A stretch of 64,000 nucleotides of DNA from an uncultured Candidatus Saccharibacteria bacterium (GTDB lineage Bacteria > Patescibacteriota > Minisyncoccia > Phycocordibacterales > Phycocordibacteraceae): the NCBI GenBank assembly GCA_964638585.1, contig CAZXAN010000002.1:73291-137290 (forward strand), read 5' to 3'. The notes below the pieces were generated by a model. That model saw only the letters and a program-made list of their open reading frames with translations. It had not been told where the DNA came from and did no database searches. Both the position numbers and the translations under genes were made by a program. This document shows positions 27,129-35,688 of this stretch, piece after piece (the first letter of the stretch is position 1; each line of letters begins with the position of its first letter).

Positions 27129-27662
27129 TTATTTCTCACTTGCAAAGTGACCGACACGGACCTTCGCGGGTCGTATTACAGTCTCACCGACTCTCCACCC
27201 TTTCTCTAATACTACCGTAACCGTATCATCTGTTTCAAGAGTTTCAGCTACGTCCTGTCCGAGTGCTTCGTGTATAGCTGGGCTAAATTTTTCTCCAACT
27301 TTTCCTATCTCTTCTAGTCCGAGCGATGCAAATGCTCCATCTAGTTGCTTAGCTATACCCATGAATCCTTCAGGCACGTCTCCATGCTCTTTCGCTCTCT
27401 CTAGGGCATCAAACGTCGGAAGAAGAATCTCCACAGCGCCCACTATTCCTTTTAACTCAGATGCTTTAGCCTCGGTTTCAAATCGCTTAAGCGCGTTAAC
27501 GTAGTCAGCTTTGGCTCTCTGCCAACCGTCCATATATTCCTGTTTTTCTTGTCGACACACCTTCAACTCCTCGCGCATCTTGGCGATCTTATCTTCCGGC
27601 TTAACATCTGTTCCATCATCGCCGTTTTCTGGTTCTATCTTTACATCTTCTTCTTCGTTCAT
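27129..27662 (-). CDS. grpE: Nucleotide exchange factor GrpE. Start at MNEEEDV (27662); the ORF track extends to 27764.
   Basis: Acidic N-terminus, a coiled-coil, and the C-terminal beta-domain pattern of GrpE. Immediately upstream of dnaK. Confidence 0.85.
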   Translation of the reverse strand: MNEEEDVKIEPENGDDGTDVKPEDKIAKMREELKVCRQEKQEYMDGWQRAKADYVNALKRFETEAKASELKGIVGAVEILLPTFDALERAKEHGDVPEGFMGIAKQLDGAFASLGLEEIGKVGEKFSPAIHEALGQDVAETLETDDTVTVVLEKGWRVGETVIRPAKVRVGHFASEK

Positions 27663-27694
27663 GTCTCCACTATGCCTGAAAATCTCTCTGCAGT

Positions 27695-27730
27695 CAAAAA
27701 AATAAACCTGCGGGGTACGAGCCCGCAGGT
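27695..27730 (-). terminator. Hairpin ACCTGCGGG-GTACGAG-CCCGCAGGT with a T-run on the minus strand, 33 bp upstream of grpE. It is followed by a TTGACT-17-CATAGT promoter-like sequence.
   Basis: 9-bp perfect stem. Minus-strand TTTATTTTTTTG. Then TTGACT, a 17-nt spacer, and CATAGT. Confidence 0.45.
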
Positions 27731-27747
27731 GTCCAGAGCGCCATATT

Positions 27748-28008
27748 TTATATGCTGGTCCCAAATAGCATCAAGAAAATCCCAAGAATCAACTCCGTAA
27801 ACATCTTATTCCGATGATGTTTCCTGTTCTTCTTGACCCACTCGTTAGAGCCCTTCCAGCTGCGACGGTATACCAATGCGTCAAGCCTCTTCTGTTCCTC
27901 AAATGAAAGCATTGGAGCACTCCCAGTAATGGACGGTATGTCCTCTCGGAGTATATAACTATTATCAATGCACAACTGACTATCCACAGTACTAGACGAC
28001 CGTCGCAT
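27748..28008 (-). CDS. Hypothetical small protein with a C-terminal TM helix
   Basis: ORF only. Confidence 0.2.
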   Translation of the reverse strand: MRRSSSTVDSQLCIDNSYILREDIPSITGSAPMLSFEEQKRLDALVYRRSWKGSNEWVKKNRKHHRNKMFTELILGIFLMLFGTSI

Positions 28009-28088
28009 ATTTTGAATAGTGGCATTTATGGTACAGAAAAGCCTCGTACAGAGTGAAGCCGAGGCTTTTCTGCACGAGACTTTTATAA

Positions 28089-28262
28089 CTAATCAGAAAG
28101 TGGTTTGCCGATGTTAAGAACATCCGGTCTTGGCGACCACCCGCCATTTATCTCGCGACGGTGGTTTTGCAATGCGATAGTCTGAGCCATCTCTGAGTCG
28201 AGCGCTGCCTGGCTAGATTTGTCATCCGTTTTCATCTGCACAAATGTGTCATTGTCAGCCAT
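28089..28262 (-). CDS. 57-aa acidic hypothetical protein (MADNDTFVQMKTDDKSS...)
   Basis: GGAGG RBS 5 nt upstream of the ATG. Not in the ORF track because it is under 60 aa. Confidence 0.4.
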   Translation of the reverse strand: MADNDTFVQMKTDDKSSQAALDSEMAQTIALQNHRREINGGWSPRPDVLNIGKPLSD

Positions 28263-28323
28263 ATGGCCTCCTGTAAGAACTGGTTTATTGCATTATACAT
28301 CTACTGTCGCAATACACAAGGCA

Positions 28324-28605
28324 TCACTTTTTATGCGACTTTTTCATCTTCGCTTCAATCCTCATGAGGAAGGACTGCCGGTAATGCCTTGGTAGACCGG
28401 CACTCATGTGGAGCATGCGGTAATTGTCAGCTCTGCCGATCACCCGCAATCCGCGAGAGTCCTCAGGTACAAGTTGGTTGAAGATACGCATGAGTCTGTA
28501 TGTGGTCGGGAATCTGACCGGGCGATTATCCGTATTGGACAGTCGCCACGCAGAACATCCGTCACCGTTCCTTTCAGGCCAATATTCAAGATTTAACTTT
28601 AACAA
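28324..28605 (-). CDS. 93-aa basic hypothetical protein
   Basis: ORF only. Arg/Lys-rich. Confidence 0.3.
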   Translation of the reverse strand: MLKLNLEYWPERNGDGCSAWRLSNTDNRPVRFPTTYRLMRIFNQLVPEDSRGLRVIGRADNYRMLHMSAGLPRHYRQSFLMRIEAKMKKSHKK

Positions 28606-28748
28606 GGTACACCCCCTAAGTAATCAGTTAGCCTACGGAATATAGATAGGCATGCTGAGATACTATCATTTATCATCCGAACAACGAAGTTGGGATGAAA
28701 TAAAACAAAACGCCCCGATCTATGTCGAGGTCGTTACGTTGGCACGAA

Positions 28749-29135
28749 TTACTGACGGGCCAGCATGAGATGTTTGAACTTGCCAGAGGCGAGGAACGGG
28801 AAGTTTGACACGACGGCTGTCCTAAGAGTCGGGCTGTTCTGAAGGTTGGACATAAACCATTCGTTCTTCTCCACGTCCTCCTTGATCCCGATTGTCTCGC
28901 TCCCGCCCTTGTGGAGGCGCAGGATGCCGCCATCGAACGATAGATACCCAGCGTACATCGCGACAGTGTGATGGCCCTTGGGTATGTCCATCACATCTTC
29001 GCAGAAGATCTCGGCGAGAACCTTATGACTCAGTCCGGTCTTGTCGCCGTGCCCGTGTCCCAAGATTAGCCCCGTAAATGGAAACCCAAGCCCGTGTCCG
29101 TGTAGTGCGATGAATCTTATAATCAATTCAGGCAT
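28749..29135 (-). CDS. Hypothetical protein with His-rich motifs (ALHGHGLG...GHGHGD...KGHH)
   Basis: Possible metal-binding or hydrolase-like protein. No family assigned. Confidence 0.4.
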   Translation of the reverse strand: MPELIIRFIALHGHGLGFPFTGLILGHGHGDKTGLSHKVLAEIFCEDVMDIPKGHHTVAMYAGYLSFDGGILRLHKGGSETIGIKEDVEKNEWFMSNLQNSPTLRTAVVSNFPFLASGKFKHLMLARQ

Positions 29136-29324
29136 AATATCCCTCTTGTCTTGTTTATACAGCTGTTTAACTACGTATACTCTGCCAACAATCTATGCTC
29201 AAGTTAGCCGTTCGTCAATCTACCTAACAAAAAACGCCCTCTCAGGCGGTTTTTGTTATGGGATGACTAGCGCTTGGACCATTGCCCACCATCAGAAGAC
29301 AGATAGGCGGGTAAACTTGCTAGC

Positions 29325-29720
29325 CTAACGTTTAGACCATTGTTTTCGTTTCCTTGCCTTCACGAGACCCGGCTTCTTGCGCTCTTTGGCGCGAGGGTCG
29401 CGCTTGAGGAACTTGGCAGACTTGAGAACTGCGCGAGTCCTAGGCTCTACTTTAATCAGAGCACGACTGATTGCGTGACGTAGCGCGTCTGCTTGGGCAG
29501 CGACACCGCCACCAGAGACGTGTGCAGTGACCTGATAGTTCTCTGCACTCTCTGCTTTTGCCAGAGCCTCTTCTGCTACGAGTGCGCGCAGATCTGTTTT
29601 GAAATATTCTTTAACACTCTTGCCGTTCACTGTGACAGACGACTTAGGAGCCACAGACATACGTACTGTCGCTATCGCGGTCTTTCGGCGCCCGACTGCT
29701 GTGATAAATTTTGTTGCCAT
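29325..29720 (-). CDS. rpsI: 30S ribosomal protein S9
   Basis: C-terminal ...KARKRKQWSKR and typical S9 length. Confidence 0.9.
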   Translation of the reverse strand: MATKFITAVGRRKTAIATVRMSVAPKSSVTVNGKSVKEYFKTDLRALVAEEALAKAESAENYQVTAHVSGGGVAAQADALRHAISRALIKVEPRTRAVLKSAKFLKRDPRAKERKKPGLVKARKRKQWSKR

Positions 29721-29748
29721 GTGTTTCCTAGTGTCTAGAGCCTAACGC

Positions 29749-30120
29749 CTAGTCATTTACTATTAAATTCTTCATACGAGGCTTCCTAAGCTTGTTGCGC
29801 GGGATCATGCCGTCAACAGTCTTTATTACCACCTCCGCGATTCCCTTCTTAGTTATCATTTCGTCCATAGTCATGGTGTAGAAACCTCCTGGGTAGCCAG
29901 TGTAGCGAGTATAGACCTTGCCCGCGGTGCGACGCTTGGGCAGGTGCATCTTGCTCGCGTTGTTAACAGTGACAGTGACAGGTAAGGCCTGATTCTTAGC
30001 GAAGTGTACAGAACGCTTACCTAGTAGCGCACTTGCCGCCTCGCTACAGACGCGACCTAGTGTACGATCGGTCGCATCTATAACGTGAGTTGTTGGAGCT
30101 GGCTTAGTGTTGAGAGTCAT
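29749..30120 (-). CDS. rplM: 50S ribosomal protein L13
   Basis: Conserved L13 core (...HLPKRRTAGKVYTRYTGYPGG...). Upstream of rpsI. Confidence 0.9.
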   Translation of the reverse strand: MTLNTKPAPTTHVIDATDRTLGRVCSEAASALLGKRSVHFAKNQALPVTVTVNNASKMHLPKRRTAGKVYTRYTGYPGGFYTMTMDEMITKKGIAEVVIKTVDGMIPRNKLRKPRMKNLIVND

Positions 30121-30132
30121 ATACTGGTATTA

Positions 30133-30486
30133 CTAGACAAATGAGATGTAAGCAAGTTTGCGTGCGTCGTTTAGCCCTCTCTTCGTTCTCTTTGTAACAC
30201 GCGTATAACCACCCTTTCTCTCGGCATATCGCGGACCGATAGAGCCGAATAGCTTTTTGACAGCCTCTTTGTCACCGAGTTTTGTGACAGCTAGTCGACG
30301 GCTAGCAAGAGTGTTCAACTTGGCATATGAGACGAGACGCTCAACAAATGGGCGAAGGGCTTTAGCCTTTGCTTCCGTAGTAGAGATTCGCTCTTCTAAC
30401 ACGAGCGAACGTGCGAGCGACTTGATTAGCGCTCGGCGCTGGCCGGCTTCTCTGTGAAATGTCTGTCCTTTAGTTGTGTATGCCAT
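30133..30486 (-). CDS. rplQ: 50S ribosomal protein L17
   Basis: HREAGQRRALIKSLARSLVLEERISTT is an L17 pattern. Downstream of rpoA. Confidence 0.9.
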   Translation of the reverse strand: MAYTTKGQTFHREAGQRRALIKSLARSLVLEERISTTEAKAKALRPFVERLVSYAKLNTLASRRLAVTKLGDKEAVKKLFGSIGPRYAERKGGYTRVTKRTKRGLNDARKLAYISFV

Positions 30487-30503
30487 ACAGATTCAATAAG
30501 TGC

Positions 30504-31445
30504 CTATTCGCTCTTGAGCGTTAATCCGTGACCGGCGAGCGCAACAGAGATCTCCTCTATCGCCTTGTCGCCGATGCCGTCTAGCTCCTTAAGCGCGCTA
30601 GCAGTCTTTCTCGCGAGCCCTGCTGCACTCTTGATGCCAGCATCTTCTAGAGCTTTTGTGATACGAGCCGAGAGCTCCAGATCAGCAACCTTTACCTTGG
30701 TTGCATCAGTCCCCATATCTGACTTTGAAGAACCACTGCCGTTTGAAGCGGATTCACTCTCCTGAAATCCGATCACAGACTTAAGCTGGTGGATCATTGT
30801 CTCAATAGACTTCTCAAGTGCTTCACGCGGAGTGATTGTGCCATTTGTTTCAATGAGGATGCGCAGACGATTGAAGTCGGTGCGATCGCCAACGCGCATG
30901 TTCTCTACCTCGTAGTTCACACGGCGAATCGGGGTAAAGGTAGCATCAAGAGCGATGGTGCCGATATCTACCTTGTCCTTTGTGAGGACCTCGCGTGCGA
31001 CATAACCTAGACCACGTTCAATAGTTGCTTCTAACTCAAGAGAAGATTTACCAGACATGTCGCAGATATGCTGGCTCGGATTCTTGATCTCAACTTGGCT
31101 TGGGAGCTTAAAGTCTTTTGCAGTTACTTCGCCAGCGCCCTTTGACGTAAGAGAAATCGTTTGTGGTTCGTCTCCGTGCAACACAAAGTGTACGCGCTTA
31201 AGATTAAGTAACATCTCCATGACAGTCTCGCGTACGCCCTCTAATGTAGCGAACTCGTGTGGGACGCCATCTATCTTGACCTGTGTTACCGCTGCTCCCG
31301 GCAATGATGAAAGAATGATACGGCGAAGAGAGTTACCGAGTGTGTGTCCGTAACCCGGGTAGAGCGAGTCTATTTCATAAACGCCCTGCATCTCTTCTTC
31401 AGAAACGATTCTAGGCTTGCTTGGTAGTGTAATGTGGTATTCCAT
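30504..31445 (-). CDS. rpoA: DNA-directed RNA polymerase subunit alpha
   Basis: N-terminal dimerisation domain and a C-terminal alphaCTD HhH. Sits in the rpsD-rpoA-rplQ context. Confidence 0.9.
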   Translation of the reverse strand: MEYHITLPSKPRIVSEEEMQGVYEIDSLYPGYGHTLGNSLRRIILSSLPGAAVTQVKIDGVPHEFATLEGVRETVMEMLLNLKRVHFVLHGDEPQTISLTSKGAGEVTAKDFKLPSQVEIKNPSQHICDMSGKSSLELEATIERGLGYVAREVLTKDKVDIGTIALDATFTPIRRVNYEVENMRVGDRTDFNRLRILIETNGTITPREALEKSIETMIHQLKSVIGFQESESASNGSGSSKSDMGTDATKVKVADLELSARITKALEDAGIKSAAGLARKTASALKELDGIGDKAIEEISVALAGHGLTLKSE

Positions 31446-31507
31446 AACGCAATCGTAATTACCAGTTAATAAGGTTTAAATATTTAAACATTTAAAAATA
31501 TAAATGT

Positions 31508-32122
31508 CTATCTCGTGTAGAACGAGAGCACAGAAACGAGGTCTCCTGCCTTGTCTGCCGACGCTGTCGTCGGACGTTCTTTGACAGAGCCCTCCATGTT
31601 CTTGGCATCCCATGTTAGCCACGACGCTAGAGGCGTCTCTAGAAATCGCTCTGCGAAGCCGACAAGAACTCCGTGCTCCTTTGAGCCATCTCTCACAGCT
31701 ATCTTGTCGCCGACAGAGAGAGCTTGAGACGGTACACGGCTCTTCTTGCCGTTTACCATCACGTGGCCATGCGCCACCATCTGGCGCGCACCTCGGCGAG
31801 TCTTGGCGAGACCGAGTCGCCACACGACGTTGTCTAAGCGCATCTCAAGTAGCTCGTGTAGACGGTCAGACGGCTGAGCCTTGTGCACAGTAGAGAGTGC
31901 CTTGTTCACATAATTGCGGAACTGTTTTTCAGGCAGTCCATAAGTGATGCGCACCTTCTGCTTCTCTAACATTTGTTTGCCATACTCACTCTGGCGTCCG
32001 CGACCGCGTTTTTTATTCTTAGCAGAACGCTCGGCAGAGATCGCAAACTTTTGTGTCTGCGCTTTTTCAAATACTGTTGCGCCGAGGCGCTTAGCTATTT
32101 TGTATCGTGGTCCTGTGATCAT
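31508..32122 (-). CDS. rpsD: 30S ribosomal protein S4
   Basis: MITGPRYKIAKRLG and an S4 domain. Confidence 0.9.
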   Translation of the reverse strand: MITGPRYKIAKRLGATVFEKAQTQKFAISAERSAKNKKRGRGRQSEYGKQMLEKQKVRITYGLPEKQFRNYVNKALSTVHKAQPSDRLHELLEMRLDNVVWRLGLAKTRRGARQMVAHGHVMVNGKKSRVPSQALSVGDKIAVRDGSKEHGVLVGFAERFLETPLASWLTWDAKNMEGSVKERPTTASADKAGDLVSVLSFYTR

Positions 32123-32137
32123 ATTTAAATATTATAA

Positions 32138-32572
32138 CTATACGCGACGAGGCTTCGGCGGACGCGGGCCGTTGTGCGGGACAGGTGTCACGTCCTTGAT
32201 CGCCTTGATCGTAATACCTTTGCCAGAGAATGATCTTAGTACAGACTCTCGGCCAGCACCAACTCCGCGAATAATCACCGTAGCCTCTTTAAGACCTATC
32301 ATTGCGCCCTTTTCTCCCAAAAACTCGCCAACCTTTGCCGCTGCATACGGGGTAGATTTGCGTGCACCAGAGAAGCCAAGTGCCCCAGCGCTGGAAGAGA
32401 CAATTGCATTGCCCTTCTCATCTGTAAGAATAGCCTTTGTGTTGTTAAAGGTAGCTTCAATGTGGAGAATGCCCTTCTCTAGGTGACGCTTAGTCACCTT
32501 ACCCATGGCTCGCTCTTTACGGCCTTGGTCCATTCCCTTACCACTCTTCTTGATGATGCGTTTTTTACCCAT
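32138..32572 (-). CDS. rpsK: 30S ribosomal protein S11
   Basis: S11 family motifs (...GALGFSGARKSTPYAAAKVGE...). Confidence 0.9.
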   Translation of the reverse strand: MGKKRIIKKSGKGMDQGRKERAMGKVTKRHLEKGILHIEATFNNTKAILTDEKGNAIVSSSAGALGFSGARKSTPYAAAKVGEFLGEKGAMIGLKEATVIIRGVGAGRESVLRSFSGKGITIKAIKDVTPVPHNGPRPPKPRRV

Positions 32573-32575
32573 ATA

Positions 32576-32956
32576 TTATGTCTTTTCTAGCGTACGACGG
32601 CCCGATGTCATCGTCTTACGGACGTTGCCACGGCGTGTGCGTGAATTGGTCTTTGTCCTCTGTCCGCGAACAGGCAGACCACGAGAATGTTTATCGCCTC
32701 GTATTGACTTAATATCTTTGAGACGCTTGATGTTCTGACCGATCTCTCGGCGAAGTTCGCCCTCTATCGTGTACGCCTCGGCGAGAGAACGTATCTTCTG
32801 CTCTTCTTCACTCGTAACCTCACTGCCCTTTTTTGTAAATGGCACGCCGACTTGTGTCAGAATGTCGCGTGCACGCGTTGGTCCAATACCAAAAATCAGC
32901 GGTAGTGAATACGCTAGTTGTTTGTTATCTGGGATTGTGACGCCGGCGATACGCAT
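32576..32956 (-). CDS. rpsM: 30S ribosomal protein S13
   Basis: MRIAGVTIP...KRLKDIKSIRG. Confidence 0.9.
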   Translation of the reverse strand: MRIAGVTIPDNKQLAYSLPLIFGIGPTRARDILTQVGVPFTKKGSEVTSEEEQKIRSLAEAYTIEGELRREIGQNIKRLKDIKSIRGDKHSRGLPVRGQRTKTNSRTRRGNVRKTMTSGRRTLEKT

Positions 32957-32986
32957 ATTTATATTTTTAAATATTTAAATTTCTTT

Positions 32987-33103
32987 TTAACCCTGACGCG
33001 CCTTACGACGCGGTTTCAGCTTATTAATACGATAAAGGCGCCCGCCTCTGCGGACCAACTGATCACCTGTCTGTTGTACCTTTATTGAAGCACGTACTTT
33101 CAT
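32987..33103 (-). CDS. rpmJ: 50S ribosomal protein L36, a cysteine-less variant (38 aa: [38 protein letters not shown])
   Basis: Hand-translated. It has the L36 N-terminus MKVRAS and the C-terminus ...KARQG, but none of the CCCH zinc-ribbon ligands. It occupies the canonical position between infA and rpsM. Not in the ORF track because it is under 60 aa. Confidence 0.7.
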   Translation of the reverse strand: MKVRASIKVQQTGDQLVRRGGRLYRINKLKPRRKARQG

Positions 33104-33122
33104 CTTAATTACTTAAAATTAT

Positions 33123-33362
33123 TTATGATAAACGTCTTACTATCCTTGCCCGCCCGCCATATGGGTCGGTCACCATCTCTACTTGATCACCCATCAAGAC
33201 ACGTATTCTATGCAAGCGCATCTTGCCTGCTAGATAGGCCAACACGAGCTGACCTTCCTCGCCTTCAACACTCGCAGGAATCCGAACGCGGAAAAGCGAG
33301 TTTGGCAACACTTCTTCAACAGTGCCATTCACCGTTGTCTTTGTATCTTCGGCCTCACTCAT
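33123..33362 (-). CDS. infA: Translation initiation factor IF-1
   Basis: S1-like OB fold pattern (G.V.E.L.N..F.V.L..G....A...GKMR...IR...GD.V). Confidence 0.85.
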   Translation of the reverse strand: MSEAEDTKTTVNGTVEEVLPNSLFRVRIPASVEGEEGQLVLAYLAGKMRLHRIRVLMGDQVEMVTDPYGGRARIVRRLS

Positions 33363-33412
33363 TTATATGTCAGATGGATCCATGCAAGTACCCATATAAT
33401 CTAGCAGGTACC

Positions 33413-34633
33413 TTATAAACCGTCAACTACGACCTTTATAGAGGCTGGGTCCTGAGGGAATGCTTGCCTCCAAAATGGTCGGAGCGTGATGATAGCACGC
33501 TTGATTTCAGGATAGTTTGTGAGAGCCACCTCTGCAGATCCGCGTGTCTTACCACTCACTGCCACGGCGATACGCGTTGTATCTACTGTGTATACGAGCG
33601 TTGCATTGCCAGTAACGGTAAACGATATAGACTCTAGTTCTGGGCTTAACTGGCTTGCTGTCGCAAATAGAAGTCCTTCTGTTTGAGATAGAGTGACGGG
33701 CTCGCCCTGATACGCCATACCCGATACAGAGTTGGCGATTGCCTTGGCGATTGCGCTATTGGGGAAAACGACTGCTGTAATCGTCCCCTGCTCTTTCACA
33801 TCAGCCATATTATTTGAATAAGATTCTGAAGCGAGCTCGTCGTACTTTATCGTTGTGGCGCCAGGTAAGAGAACATACCCAGGCTGGACCTTCTCTCTAA
33901 TAGCCTTTGCCAAGTCACCGTCAAGAGCTTTTATAAGCTCGTTACGCGTCTTTGTCTCTAGAGAAGACTCTATCATAGGCACGTTACCAGAAGACCCTCC
34001 TGTCATTGCGCTTTCTGAACGCGCATACACCTGACTAGCTTTAGGAGTACCGGCAAACCCCAGCACCGTAAACGAAGTCGGGGCTACGTTGTAGGCAGGG
34101 CCAGCTTTCTCCGCATAAACCTTGGCCTTGATACTACCGGGCTTGCTGACTGTGCCGGCCGGTACCGTCAACGCTGAATATGTGTAGAAAATTAGTCCAG
34201 AGGCAGTCGCGAAGCGAGTCTTAATAACTAGAGGCTGTGATTTTGTCTGCGTGTTGTAGATAGTTATAGTGCCAGTAGCTGTTGAGCTCGCAGTCTTAAC
34301 ACCACTACTTTTCACGCTCTGTGTAGCGATTTTTTGCGCAGTGATTATCTCAAATGGCAGGGTCTCTAGACTCTTGTCTGCAACAAAAGATCCCTGAACA
34401 GCTGCAGATATAGAGGTTGGAGTTATCTCAACCTTTGCAGTAGAAAAGTAGAACAATGCTCCTACAGATATGGCGACAATAGCTACAACTACCACGAGTG
34501 TTGAATAGGGGAATCTACTCTTCTTTGGCTGATTTAAATTTAAAAGCGGACGTTCTGTATCCTCGCTAGGTCTAGCAAGTGGCTCTGTGTCTCTTCGCCT
34601 TGAAGGCGGAATAATATCATCAAATTTACGCAT
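33413..34633 (-). CDS. Single-pass membrane protein with a large Ser/Thr/Ala-rich extracytoplasmic domain; hypothetical
   Basis: About 45-aa cytoplasmic N-terminus, one TM helix, then a beta-rich region. Co-oriented with the upstream actin-like ATPase gene. Confidence 0.5.
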   Translation of the reverse strand: MRKFDDIIPPSRRRDTEPLARPSEDTERPLLNLNQPKKSRFPYSTLVVVVAIVAISVGALFYFSTAKVEITPTSISAAVQGSFVADKSLETLPFEIITAQKIATQSVKSSGVKTASSTATGTITIYNTQTKSQPLVIKTRFATASGLIFYTYSALTVPAGTVSKPGSIKAKVYAEKAGPAYNVAPTSFTVLGFAGTPKASQVYARSESAMTGGSSGNVPMIESSLETKTRNELIKALDGDLAKAIREKVQPGYVLLPGATTIKYDELASESYSNNMADVKEQGTITAVVFPNSAIAKAIANSVSGMAYQGEPVTLSQTEGLLFATASQLSPELESISFTVTGNATLVYTVDTTRIAVAVSGKTRGSAEVALTNYPEIKRAIITLRPFWRQAFPQDPASIKVVVDGL

Positions 34634-34655
34634 ACCTCTAGTATATCATTTCTGT

Positions 34656-35684
34656 TTAAATGCGGTGTTGATAATATATTGCCATAAGCAGGAGCGGGAG
34701 ATCTGTGGCTAGCGGGGTCATTTGCTTAACATAATTTGTAAGATGGCTAGCGAGGACAGTCACAAATGTTGGCGGATTGTCTGAGAGCCATAGCTGTCCA
34801 AGGTTTGACTCCGAAAGCTTTTTTTGTAGAGAAGGAATTTCTAGCTCCTGTGCAAGGAGAAATATAGTACGAGGGAGTGGGTATTGTTTTGCTAAAGTTG
34901 AAAACTCATTTTTTACATTTTCTATCCATTCGTTACTCCCAGTCACGCACTGCACATCAACTATGCCAACAAAAAGCCCTCTGCGTATAAGAGAGACTGA
35001 AGTAACTGGTCCGGTCGCATCTAAGATAAGCATGTCGTGCTGGTGAGGGAACGCGTGACGCATTGCTTGGTAACGCAATGAGCTATCAGTGATCGGCAAG
35101 ATTTTGTTTGTGTGATATGCCTTTCTAATTACAGAGATTATGCTGTTTGCCACTTCTTTGCTTATGAGTGATGTGAGTATAATAATTGACGCACGGTGTA
35201 TCTTCCTACCATACGGCTTCAACGTCTCATAACCATTTAGGATAGTGCCTATTATGCTCTCGTCTGAAATAGTTTTATTTTGTGATACAGTTCTTGTCTC
35301 TTCTAAAGCCCTATCAACCATATCTTTTGTAAAAATAAATGGTTCTTTTTTTTCAAAAGATTCTGTGCGTACGCTTGTCTCCTGCCACGGAGAATCTATT
35401 GAGATTAGGATTTTATCAATACTCCCGCTACCAGACGCCCGCAAAAGAATAGGAGAAGCTTCTTGAAGTAGGCTCCCGCAGAGGATATATAACGCTCGTA
35501 ACATAGCAAACTCGTGCGTCTCATCTTTTCTGATATCAATTGGCAATCGCCGTGTGTAAAGTACTGTAGGCAAACTGCTTTTTTTATATTGCACACATGC
35601 TCCAGCCACAGAGCTTGCGCCAATATCAATAAGCATTACAGATTCCGATTCCTTCTTTTTAAATAAATTCGTCAAAAAACCCAT
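34656..35684 (-). CDS. Actin-like ATPase fold protein (FtsA/PilM-like)
   Basis: Phosphate-1 motif MLIDIGASSVAGACV and phosphate-2-like LILDATGPVTS. No clear FtsZ or PilN/O partners are recognisable. Confidence 0.45.
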   Translation of the reverse strand: MGFLTNLFKKKESESVMLIDIGASSVAGACVQYKKSSLPTVLYTRRLPIDIRKDETHEFAMLRALYILCGSLLQEASPILLRASGSGSIDKILISIDSPWQETSVRTESFEKKEPFIFTKDMVDRALEETRTVSQNKTISDESIIGTILNGYETLKPYGRKIHRASIIILTSLISKEVANSIISVIRKAYHTNKILPITDSSLRYQAMRHAFPHQHDMLILDATGPVTSVSLIRRGLFVGIVDVQCVTGSNEWIENVKNEFSTLAKQYPLPRTIFLLAQELEIPSLQKKLSESNLGQLWLSDNPPTFVTVLASHLTNYVKQMTPLATDLPLLLMAIYYQHRI

Positions 35685-35688
35685 TACT

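Noticed and set aside
27663-27750. CIRCE (HrcA operator) upstream of grpE/dnaK
   Set aside because: No TTAGCACTC-N9-GAGTGCTAA-like inverted repeat is present. Only a GC hairpin terminator and a sigma70-like promoter were seen.
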